A stretch of DNA of 64,000 nt from Minisyncoccota bacterium. GTDB lineage: Bacteria; Patescibacteriota; Minisyncoccia; Phycocordibacterales; UBA6065. Location: contig DAORIX010000002.1 in NCBI GenBank assembly GCA_035438745.1, positions 1,830-65,829 of the forward strand. The letters are read 5' to 3'. Within the stretch, counting starts at the first letter, position 1, and every line of letters starts with the position of its first letter. Shown piece after piece: positions 45,985-54,336 of this stretch. The notes beneath the pieces were generated by a model, which did no database searches, was not told where the DNA came from, and saw only the letters and a list, made by a program, of their open reading frames with translations. The position numbers and the translations under genes were made by a program.

Positions 45985-46205
45985 ATTCAAAGAAAAAAGA
46001 TTTGAATGTGGAAATGAGGTAAGAAACAAATAGATAGTTTCAATTCCTCTACTGTGCCGCAACGGTAATGCCTGACATCTCATGATGTACAGGACAAGTC
46101 CGGTCGTTAGCTACATTTTACAATTCCGAGCAGAAGCGCATACACCATGGTGAGACACCTAAACTCTCCATACCTATCCTTCTCTCGCGAGAAGCTTTTT
46201 TATTA
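45985..46205 (+). promoter_or_regulatory. Long structured leader with a terminator-type attenuator; candidate riboswitch, possibly cobalamin-class
   Basis: ~260-nt untranslated leader after the promoter. It has a 9-bp hairpin acattcaaa / tttgaatgt. It has the tract AGGTAAGAAA ... TTCC ... CTGTGCCGCAACGGTAATGCC, which resembles the cobalamin-riboswitch core (GGGAAG ... GGTGAAA-TCC ... CCCGCAACTGTAA). The GGTGAAA motif is poorly matched. A hairpin cttctc-tcgc-gagaag plus CTTTTTT at 46179..46201 sits immediately before the ATG at 46213. Confidence 0.3.
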
Positions 46206-46212
46206 TCTTATT

Positions 46213-46734
46213 ATGCGTACACATATACAAAAAATAGTAGTAGGCGTTCTGGGTTTAATTATCCTGACTTTTTTACTCCTTGGATCACAAAAAACAAGCC
46301 CTACCGTAGAGAATGAGGTATCGCCCACAACCACGCCCGATATTACAACAAACATCGAGATAAAAAATACCCCTCGAGAATACCCTACTGAAAAAATAAC
46401 TCCAAAAGTTGCAGAAAACCCTCTCAAGGAACCGATAACAGTAACGCTCACCATTCCTCAAAAAACATACGAGACGAGCGTAGAAAACAAATCATCGGTG
46501 TATGACCTCATGGAACACCTCCGAAATACACAAGGGCTACTTTTTGAATCTGAATACTACACAGGCATGGGTTTTTTCATTACATCACTATCAGGTACCA
46601 AGCAAAACCCGAAAAATAGTGACTATTGGACTCTTTATATAAACAACAAGGAATCACAAACCGGAGTGTCCTCTGCCCTTTTGAAAAACGGAGACTCAGT
46701 AGAGTGGAAATTAGAAAACAGAAATAACCTATAA
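46213..46734 (+). CDS. Membrane-anchored DUF4430-domain protein (transcobalamin beta-domain-like)
   Basis: C-terminal DUF4430 pattern (SDYWTLYINNKESQTGVSSALLKNGDSVEWKLE). The start is placed at 46213, after the leader hairpin. The ORF track offers an in-frame upstream ATG at 46147. Confidence 0.6.
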   Translation: MRTHIQKIVVGVLGLIILTFLLLGSQKTSPTVENEVSPTTTPDITTNIEIKNTPREYPTEKITPKVAENPLKEPITVTLTIPQKTYETSVENKSSVYDLMEHLRNTQGLLFESEYYTGMGFFITSLSGTKQNPKNSDYWTLYINNKESQTGVSSALLKNGDSVEWKLENRNNL

Positions 46735-46739
46735 ACATC

Positions 46740-48740
46740 ATGAAAAAATTACTTTTTGTAACATTACTTTTTGTTGCGCCACTCATTACACTCGCTGATG
46801 AAGCAACATCAACTGCAACCACGACGCCAGAAACCACTGTAGAAGAAACTATTGTAGTAAACCTCAACATCAGACATACCAACACGGTTATTTTTTCAGA
46901 ACCAATCACCGTACCAAAGAATAAAACAATAGGAACACTGGATAATACCGGCGCGAGCCATACCGTACTCAGCGATAGTGTTCTCGGAGCACTCGTGCGT
47001 GCAGACAGTGATAGTGAGTTGTTCCGTATTTCAGACCTCGCCCACTACAGCTCTTTTGATTCGTTTATCATAAACTGTATCGAAGCAAATACTTCAAACT
47101 TCTGCTACAACTGGCAATATGTAGTAAACAATACCTATCCCTATGTCGGTATAGACGATTACATTCTTTCTCAGGGCGACACGATATATCTCTACTTTGG
47201 ATCGCCTCGAAAATTTTCCTTTACCGCTACGACCACAGACACACAAACACCTTTTGATGTTCTTGTAGAAACATATGATTACGAAAACGACGCATGGAAT
47301 CCTCTAGAAAATGCTCGCGTAGGTGCAACACAGCCAAATCCAAGCGACCCCTACTCACCCCTCGTACCATTTTCATCAATGAGCAATACGCTAGGTATTG
47401 CGTCTCTACTCGTATCAACTCCTGGAACATTTGATATTGGACTAGAGCTTGATTATTACTACCCTACGCAACCTATTGTCGTTATCGAGGCTCTTTCTAC
47501 CACAACAAGTACAAGTACTCCTCCTGAAAATACTCAATCAAATAATTCATCTTCACGCAGAGAAGAATCACAGACAACAGAACCTCAGAAAAACTTTGAT
47601 TTGGAAAAAGCCCTCTCGTTCATACTCTCATACCAAAATGAACAAGGCGTATTCGCCAACGACCTCTACACCGACTGGGCACTTCTCGCGCTCATAGCGG
47701 GAGACGCATCTGGAAATGCCATCAGTAAAACCAAAAAATACATCACCGAAAATCCGACAACAGGATCATATCTCCTTGATTATGAGAGACGCGCTCTTTC
47801 CCTCATGAGCGCAGGTATAAACCCCTACACAGGTAGCTCTCAAAATTACATAGAGTACATACTAAAAACGTTTGACGGCACACAGTTTGGTAACAGCGAC
47901 CTCTTTAATGACGATATTTTTGCACTCATACCCCTCCTCAAAGCGGGATACGGGGCACAGGATTCAGAAATACAAAAAGCGGTTACGTTTATCATCTCCA
48001 AACAAGATAGTAACGGATCATGGCTCGGTGTAGACCTCACCAGTGCAAGTATTCAGGCCCTCATGCCCGTACGATCCCTCAGTGGAGTCGAAGAGGCGCT
48101 TCAGAAAGCAAAGAGCTATCTCAAAAACGCGCAAGGATCTGACGGCGGGTTCGGAAATAGTTTTGCTACAAGCTGGGCAATTCAAGCAATACATGCTCTC
48201 GGAGAAAATCCACAGACATGGACAAAAAATAACAAAAGCCCTCTCGACTATCTTGCGAACACACAAGACACTGACGGAGGTCTCGACAAAAGCCTCGATA
48301 CCAATTCTCGTCTATGGGCAACAAGCTATGCCATCACAGCCCAGAGCGGTAAAACATGGAATGCACTCATGGCAACATTCTCAAAAAACACCTCTCGAGA
48401 CGCCGGCTCTTCTCCGGTCGTTTCGGCGGGAGCAACTGGTACAACGACAGGGTTTGTACTTGGCACAAGTACAAACGCAGTTATTCAAACAGATCGAGAT
48501 ATGACACGAAAAATTGTTCTCGATTACATCTATGAACTCACAGGACTCACCGGAGACACGCTCATTCTACTCTATGAACCACAGACAGTCATTCCCGCGC
48601 CTAAAAAACAGACTGTATCTACTACAACAGAACAAGAAATACCAAACGATACGCTGCCGGCACGAACCTTTGAAGTGCCAACACCGCCACGGAACATAAA
48701 GGGTACGCTCAAAGACTTCCTCGATTCGATATTCAAATAA
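46740..48740 (+). CDS. Secreted DUF4430 plus prenyltransferase/squalene-cyclase-like alpha/alpha-toroid protein (bacterial transcobalamin-like architecture)
   Basis: 666 aa with a signal peptide. The N-terminal DUF4430-like pattern reads NWQYVVNNTYPYVGIDDYILSQGDTIYLYF. A Ser/Thr linker follows. The C-terminal half has repeated toroid motifs (QNEQGVFANDLYTDWALLAL, SDGGFGNSFATSWAIQAIHALGE, QDTDGGLDKS...LWATSYAI). Confidence 0.65.
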   Translation: MKKLLFVTLLFVAPLITLADEATSTATTTPETTVEETIVVNLNIRHTNTVIFSEPITVPKNKTIGTLDNTGASHTVLSDSVLGALVRADSDSELFRISDLAHYSSFDSFIINCIEANTSNFCYNWQYVVNNTYPYVGIDDYILSQGDTIYLYFGSPRKFSFTATTTDTQTPFDVLVETYDYENDAWNPLENARVGATQPNPSDPYSPLVPFSSMSNTLGIASLLVSTPGTFDIGLELDYYYPTQPIVVIEALSTTTSTSTPPENTQSNNSSSRREESQTTEPQKNFDLEKALSFILSYQNEQGVFANDLYTDWALLALIAGDASGNAISKTKKYITENPTTGSYLLDYERRALSLMSAGINPYTGSSQNYIEYILKTFDGTQFGNSDLFNDDIFALIPLLKAGYGAQDSEIQKAVTFIISKQDSNGSWLGVDLTSASIQALMPVRSLSGVEEALQKAKSYLKNAQGSDGGFGNSFATSWAIQAIHALGENPQTWTKNNKSPLDYLANTQDTDGGLDKSLDTNSRLWATSYAITAQSGKTWNALMATFSKNTSRDAGSSPVVSAGATGTTTGFVLGTSTNAVIQTDRDMTRKIVLDYIYELTGLTGDTLILLYEPQTVIPAPKKQTVSTTTEQEIPNDTLPARTFEVPTPPRNIKGTLKDFLDSIFK

Positions 48741-48764
48741 AAATAAGTTACAATAAACCCCACC

Positions 48765-49307
48765 ATGAAAACACGTACCAAAATAATTCTCGCACTACTC
48801 CTCATCGCTTTTGGCTTTGCAGGACGAATGCTTCCTCATGCATGGAACTTCACACCACTCATCGCTATTTCACTCTTTGCAGGAGCTTATCTCGGACGAC
48901 GTTATGTGATAGCAATACCTATCATCACCATGCTTCTCTCAGATATATTCCTCGGCTTTTATAATGTCGGAGTTATGCTCACGGTATACACAAGCATAAT
49001 TCTAGCGGGCTACATAGGAACATATCTCTCCTCACAAAAAAATCTCGAACGTCTCACTCTCGCAACGCTCTCCTCATCAACACTTTTCTTCCTTACAACT
49101 AACACAGCAGTGTGGGCTTTTGGAACTATGTACGAAAAAAGTATTACCGGCCTCCTCGCGTCATATACCGCAGGAATACCCTTTTTTAGAAATATGATTG
49201 TAGGAGATATGTGGTTTACCCTTGTTCTCTTTGGATCGTATGAATTGGCAGTACTTTTGTACAAAAGAATAAACACAAAGGAAACACCCGAAACTATTAA
49301 CTTGTAA
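48765..49307 (+). CDS. Small polytopic membrane protein, ECF-transporter S-component-like (candidate substrate-capture subunit)
   Basis: 180 aa with 5-6 predicted TM helices. Its size and topology match ECF S components. It is the last gene of the DUF4430 operon. Confidence 0.4.
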   Translation: MKTRTKIILALLLIAFGFAGRMLPHAWNFTPLIAISLFAGAYLGRRYVIAIPIITMLLSDIFLGFYNVGVMLTVYTSIILAGYIGTYLSSQKNLERLTLATLSSSTLFFLTTNTAVWAFGTMYEKSITGLLASYTAGIPFFRNMIVGDMWFTLVLFGSYELAVLLYKRINTKETPETINL

Positions 49308-49377
49308 CACGTAGAGACCAGAATCTAGAAGCTAAAAACTAGAATCTAAAACCTGACCCTTGAAAGCTTCCCATCAA

Positions 49378-51567
49378 CTACCTACCCAATCTATAGAGCT
49401 GTTTTGCTTCGTCGACAGAGAGCACTCTGTTATATACGCGAACTTCATCAATAGCTCCATCAAATGTTCGTGCAGTATCAGCACGATTACCTATAACCAA
49501 ATCGAGAGAAGCATCGGATCCGGCAGAATCAGTAGCGCCAGCAACAACAGTATGGTACGAAATTTCGACACCGTTCCTATAAATACGTGATCCTGAGTTG
49601 TTATAGCCGGTAGATCCATCCCATGTAACCATAAAATGTTGCCACTCGCCTATAGTAAAACTATTACTTGCACCGCAACGTCCCGCTCTCGCGGTAGCAG
49701 TAGAACCTACTTTTATAAAATATATAGCATTTGTAAGACTTGCTTCTCCAGCGAGACAACCAGCACCTGTAACTAAAGTAATCTGCCATTGGCCAGCAAC
49801 ACCAATATTTCCATTCTTTGCTACCACACGAGATTGATTACCCTCACCTGCAGAATTTGGTTTAATCCAAAAACTAACACTCATAGGAATGAGGTCGTCG
49901 AGAGAACTCGCTGAACCAGCATTCACAATATCGTCCACCGCATCAAAACGTAGTGCCTGACCTGATTTTCCTGGAACAGGAGATGTGGTGGTACTCATAC
50001 TTGTAATCACCGCGTTACTGTTACGACCAGAACGATCGTATGCGATATTATTCGCCCAACTGATGTCAGAACCATTAAATGACCAGTATCCCACGAGACC
50101 GTCAGTAAATCTATTTTGTTGTGATGAGTTAATAGCGGTCTGATTTTGATTGTAGAGTGCCTGTACTTCACTATCAGAAAGTGCCCTACTGTACACGCGC
50201 ACATCGTCTATTTTTCCAGGGAAAAATCGTCCTGGAGTACCACTGATATACGCTCCTCCAATAGCAGCATTGGCTGAAGAACTCTGTGCACCCACAGCTT
50301 TTACAGCACTTGCCACCAATACACCATCGACATATAACACCCAAGATGTCCCATTATAAAGTCCGACAACATGATGCCATGTGTTTATCGGAAAATTAAT
50401 ATTCCAAGAAGTACCGTAGTCGATCGAGGGACCGAAAGTCAGAACCTCCAACTTTGCGGGACTGCCACTATAGCGTAAAACGTATGCTTCTCGAGTACCA
50501 TCAAATCCCTTCTCCATAATTATACCGCAGTAGTTAGCGCAACCATTATTGTTCGATGGAAAAGAACTAAAATTGACCCACGCAGACAATGTTATTTGTC
50601 CCGTAATATTAAGCGCAGACGGATTACCGAGAGCGATAAAGTCATCTGTACCGTCAAAATCCAAAGCCTTGCCTTTCTTTCCTCCTACCCAATCAGTGTG
50701 TGGAGCCATGTTGGTGAGAGTTCCATGAAGGCTATTACCAGAAAAATCATGAGCGATAGTAGAAGTACCTTCGTCAAAAGACCAGTGTCCGACAAGTCCT
50801 CTGTTTGAAACAACCTTACGAGTCACCTGACCGTTTGAGTAGAGTGCCTGAATTTCATTGAGAGATAGAGCTCTGTTATAAATACGCACGTCGTCTATTT
50901 GAGCACTGACATACCCGTCATCACCAGTACCCACTCCAGCTCCGATAGCAACCGCTCCTCCGTTGTTCATACTTCCCATACTCGCACCCGACGTTGCAAC
51001 AAGAACTCCATCATAATAAAGGAGTGCATTAGAGCCGTTTGAAACACCGACAATGTGGACCCATTTGCCTGTTTGAGGAAAAGGTCCGATAGCCCACTGG
51101 TTTTCAGCACCTCCCTGCCTACCAAAACGCATACCAGTACCAACATGAGACCAAAAGGCATATGAGCCAGAAGCTTTCGACAAAAGATCGCCGTCATCCC
51201 ATACAGAATCTTTGACCCACATAGAAATAGTCACTGTGCTCGAAATGTTGAGCCGGCCTTGAGAATCAGTCACAGAAACATACTCATTTACACCATCAAA
51301 ATCGAGTGCCTTTCCCCTTTTACCGTTTATCCAGTCGGTTGCCTCCATGTTGTTGAGGTTTCCGTTTTGACCAAAACCAGAAAAATCATGAGCAATAGTC
51401 CCAGCACTTTCATCAAAAGACCAGTAACCCACAAGACCGAGGTTTGATGGCGGTTTAGAGAAAGTTCCAGCATGAAGAGGTAAAACCATCAACAAGTAAC
51501 TTGCCACAACAAAACCAAATACAAAGGTAAATCGAATTTTTTTGCTATGTAGTAGTGAGGAAAACAT
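49378..51567 (-). CDS. Secreted protein with three LamG/ConA-like lectin-fold repeats
   Basis: 729 aa with a signal peptide. It has three repeats of GLVGYWSFDE..GT.A.D.SG...G...NM....DW..GK.GKAL.FDG.DD.V........W.H.V......LY.DGV.......IDDVR.YNRALS..E...LY. Confidence 0.7.
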   Translation of the reverse strand: MFSSLLHSKKIRFTFVFGFVVASYLLMVLPLHAGTFSKPPSNLGLVGYWSFDESAGTIAHDFSGFGQNGNLNNMEATDWINGKRGKALDFDGVNEYVSVTDSQGRLNISSTVTISMWVKDSVWDDGDLLSKASGSYAFWSHVGTGMRFGRQGGAENQWAIGPFPQTGKWVHIVGVSNGSNALLYYDGVLVATSGASMGSMNNGGAVAIGAGVGTGDDGYVSAQIDDVRIYNRALSLNEIQALYSNGQVTRKVVSNRGLVGHWSFDEGTSTIAHDFSGNSLHGTLTNMAPHTDWVGGKKGKALDFDGTDDFIALGNPSALNITGQITLSAWVNFSSFPSNNNGCANYCGIIMEKGFDGTREAYVLRYSGSPAKLEVLTFGPSIDYGTSWNINFPINTWHHVVGLYNGTSWVLYVDGVLVASAVKAVGAQSSSANAAIGGAYISGTPGRFFPGKIDDVRVYSRALSDSEVQALYNQNQTAINSSQQNRFTDGLVGYWSFNGSDISWANNIAYDRSGRNSNAVITSMSTTTSPVPGKSGQALRFDAVDDIVNAGSASSLDDLIPMSVSFWIKPNSAGEGNQSRVVAKNGNIGVAGQWQITLVTGAGCLAGEASLTNAIYFIKVGSTATARAGRCGASNSFTIGEWQHFMVTWDGSTGYNNSGSRIYRNGVEISYHTVVAGATDSAGSDASLDLVIGNRADTARTFDGAIDEVRVYNRVLSVDEAKQLYRLGR

Positions 51568-51613
51568 TTTTTAAAAAATAACTCTTTTCATTTTAACATG
51601 CCAACCTTTCAAA

Positions 51614-53779
51614 TTATTTTCTACCCATTCCGTATAACTTTTTTACTTCATCGGCAGACAGTGCTCTATCATAGATACGAAACTCATCCATATTTCCATC
51701 AAAACGACCAGTTCCACTTTGATGACCACCGATTAAAGGACGTATTGGAGTCAAACTAAGACTACCAGAATCAACCACGGAGCTTTGGAAAACACCGTTC
51801 CTATAAATAGAAAAAGTACTATTATAATTGCGAACAAACGCAATATGGGTCCACTCATTAAGAACAATATCCCCAATCGTACAAACAGCCCCTAAGCCAG
51901 TACTATTTTCATAACGCTTTTGCAAACAATACTTATTCCCTATTGGTTTAAGCGATATAAGTGAGTTACTAGTAGTCATGCGATCAAAAAAATAAGTACC
52001 TGAACCATCGGTCGAGAGACCGTTCGTATAAGCACGAGGCTTTAACCACACACTGTATGTAAAACTACCATTAGAATTTATACTCGGATTAGCGTTCACC
52101 TCAACAGAATCATCAACACCGTCAAAACTCAGAGCTTGGCCTGATGCGCCCGCTACTGGTGATGATGAGTTACTCATATTAACAATGGAAGCATTATTTC
52201 CTCTCCCTGAGCGATCATACGCTACGTTTGTAGGCCAATGTATATCAGGAGCATTAAATGACCAGTAGCCGACAAGACCGCTCGTCAGTTGATCTTTTTG
52301 TGGAGCATTAATTAATGTTTTATTTTGTTGATATAGTGCTCTTACTTCAGACGAAGAAAGTGTTCTATTATAAATACGTACATCATCAATATTTCCATCA
52401 AAAGATCTAGTCCCAGCGAATGCATCACCTCCTATCCTGAAAGAACCGTTAAGTGTTTGATTGTTGTGCGTGATGACGTTTTCAGCACTACGACATGAAT
52501 CACCAGTACATAAATACGCTGTTGCTTTTGTTGGTTCAATCGCCACTGCAACCAAAGACCATGTATCCAATGGTATTGAAAGCCCACTCGACCATCCATA
52601 TGTTGCAACATTATTATCGTTCCAAGTATATGTTAAGTCATTTGTAGCGTCTCGATAGTGTATACCAACTGACTGTGGATCATTTCTTAAATACAATATA
52701 CCTGTATAGGCTCCTGTTCTTACCCCTTTAACCCACGCAACAAAGGTTACTGTATTTGAAGTAATCCCAGAAACAGGAAATGAAACATAATCATTCGTAC
52801 CATCAAAGTCTAAAGCTTTTCCCTTCTTGCCTGCTACCCAGTCGGTGTTTGCGTCCATGTTGGTCATATTTCCATTGCGACCATTCCCTGAAAAATCATG
52901 AGCGATGGTGGATGTGCCCTCGTCAAAAGTGAAATGTGCAAGAATGCCCCTGTCGGATACTCCAGTTCGAATCGTCTGTCCCACAGTAGCAAGCGCCTTG
53001 ATTTCATCTCGAGTCAACGCCCTGTTGTAAATACGCACATCATCAATGGAGCCCGCAGTGAATTCAGAAGTACCTTGATATGAACCGAAATACGCGCCCG
53101 TTGATCCTGAGAAGACCGGAAGGTTTACATTGGGTGTATCTTTTTGGTTTGTAACAGACCCATCAACGTACACTTTGAAACCATTAGTTGTATTCTTCTC
53201 CCACGTCATAGCAATATGCCGCCACTTACCATCATGTACGTTACCGCCACCAATATTCACACCTGTGACTCCTCCGTCTGTAGAAACGAGAGCACGTGGT
53301 GCAAATGCCCCACTACTTGTCCAACCTAAAACAATATAAGCAGTACCATCTTGTAAGCGCACCATAGACTCAATATCAGAACCCTTAAACCAACCGGCTA
53401 TTGTTATTGCAGTATTACCAGAAACACGACTAGAAAGATTGGCGCTTGGTAACGCAACATAATCATCGACTCCATCAAAATCAAGAGCCTTACCTCTCTT
53501 GCCCGCTACCCAGTCAGTAGATGCATCCATGTTGGTCATAACACCGTTGAATCCATTCCCTGAAAAATCACGAACAATCGTAGAGACACCCTCATCAAAA
53601 GACCAGTGACCAATGAGCCCGAAGTTTGAAGGAGGTTTTGAAAAGGTGGCAGCATGAACAGGCAAAACCATTAACGAGTAACCTGTCACGACAAAACCAA
53701 ACAAAAGGGCAATTCGGATATTTTTAATGTTAAACAAAAAAGACATTATGTTTTTATTATTTCCACTCCATAGTAGCAA
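51614..53779 (-). CDS. Secreted protein with three LamG/ConA-like repeats, a paralog of 49378..51567
   Basis: 721 aa with the same repeat architecture and the same N-terminal sequence pattern (VLPVHAATFSKPPSNFGLIGHWSFDEG). Confidence 0.7.
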   Translation of the reverse strand: MLLWSGNNKNIMSFLFNIKNIRIALLFGFVVTGYSLMVLPVHAATFSKPPSNFGLIGHWSFDEGVSTIVRDFSGNGFNGVMTNMDASTDWVAGKRGKALDFDGVDDYVALPSANLSSRVSGNTAITIAGWFKGSDIESMVRLQDGTAYIVLGWTSSGAFAPRALVSTDGGVTGVNIGGGNVHDGKWRHIAMTWEKNTTNGFKVYVDGSVTNQKDTPNVNLPVFSGSTGAYFGSYQGTSEFTAGSIDDVRIYNRALTRDEIKALATVGQTIRTGVSDRGILAHFTFDEGTSTIAHDFSGNGRNGNMTNMDANTDWVAGKKGKALDFDGTNDYVSFPVSGITSNTVTFVAWVKGVRTGAYTGILYLRNDPQSVGIHYRDATNDLTYTWNDNNVATYGWSSGLSIPLDTWSLVAVAIEPTKATAYLCTGDSCRSAENVITHNNQTLNGSFRIGGDAFAGTRSFDGNIDDVRIYNRTLSSSEVRALYQQNKTLINAPQKDQLTSGLVGYWSFNAPDIHWPTNVAYDRSGRGNNASIVNMSNSSSPVAGASGQALSFDGVDDSVEVNANPSINSNGSFTYSVWLKPRAYTNGLSTDGSGTYFFDRMTTSNSLISLKPIGNKYCLQKRYENSTGLGAVCTIGDIVLNEWTHIAFVRNYNSTFSIYRNGVFQSSVVDSGSLSLTPIRPLIGGHQSGTGRFDGNMDEFRIYDRALSADEVKKLYGMGRK

Positions 53780-54314
53780 GCGCTTTATCCAAACCCTCTA
53801 CTCCTTCACGGGTCGATGAAAATTGGTACGCATATCCATCTTTTACAAACCACACTTCAAAAGTATCCCCGAGCGACTCGTGTCGAGAGACAAAAGAGAG
53901 CGCTTTAATTCCGCTAGGTAACGATACTGTTTCTGGACTCTTCATAACAATATCTGGTATATCATTTTGAATTCGGTTTGGAGTAAGCTCAATATTCGGC
54001 TCATCAAAAGGGGTGACGAAAATCTGAAAACCTGCTAGAGAGTCCCCTCCTCTACTCACTACAATAGAATCTCCTATTTCTTCCTCAATAAGACTTGGCG
54101 CGTATCCTTCTGGATACTCAAAAGAAAAAACAGGATCTGAGTGGCTATACTTTGAACCTGTAGCGGTTTGTGTTTTCGGAGCGTCCCCCACTTCTGGAGT
54201 TTTTACAGCAGTAGTGTCAAAAACAATACTTCTGTCTATTTTGAAGAAGAAAAAGTAAACAACAAAACCAACGATGAGCAAAAAAAGTATAAGGATGATA
54301 TTTTTCTTATGCAT
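53757..54314 (-). CDS. Membrane-anchored extracellular hypothetical protein
   Basis: 185 aa with an N-terminal TM. It lies immediately downstream of the giant fibre-like gene. Confidence 0.5.
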   Translation of the reverse strand: MHKKNIILILFLLIVGFVVYFFFFKIDRSIVFDTTAVKTPEVGDAPKTQTATGSKYSHSDPVFSFEYPEGYAPSLIEEEIGDSIVVSRGGDSLAGFQIFVTPFDEPNIELTPNRIQNDIPDIVMKSPETVSLPSGIKALSFVSRHESLGDTFEVWFVKDGYAYQFSSTREGVEGLDKALATMEWK

Positions 54315-54336
54315 GTTTTTTAATTTGAGTTAACTA

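Noticed and set aside
46147-46212. Upstream in-frame start for the first DUF4430 gene (track ORF 46147..46734)
   Set aside because: The extension would translate through the terminator-like hairpin of the leader and adds a non-hydrophobic 22-aa segment before the signal/TM. The start at 46213 is preferred but not proven.
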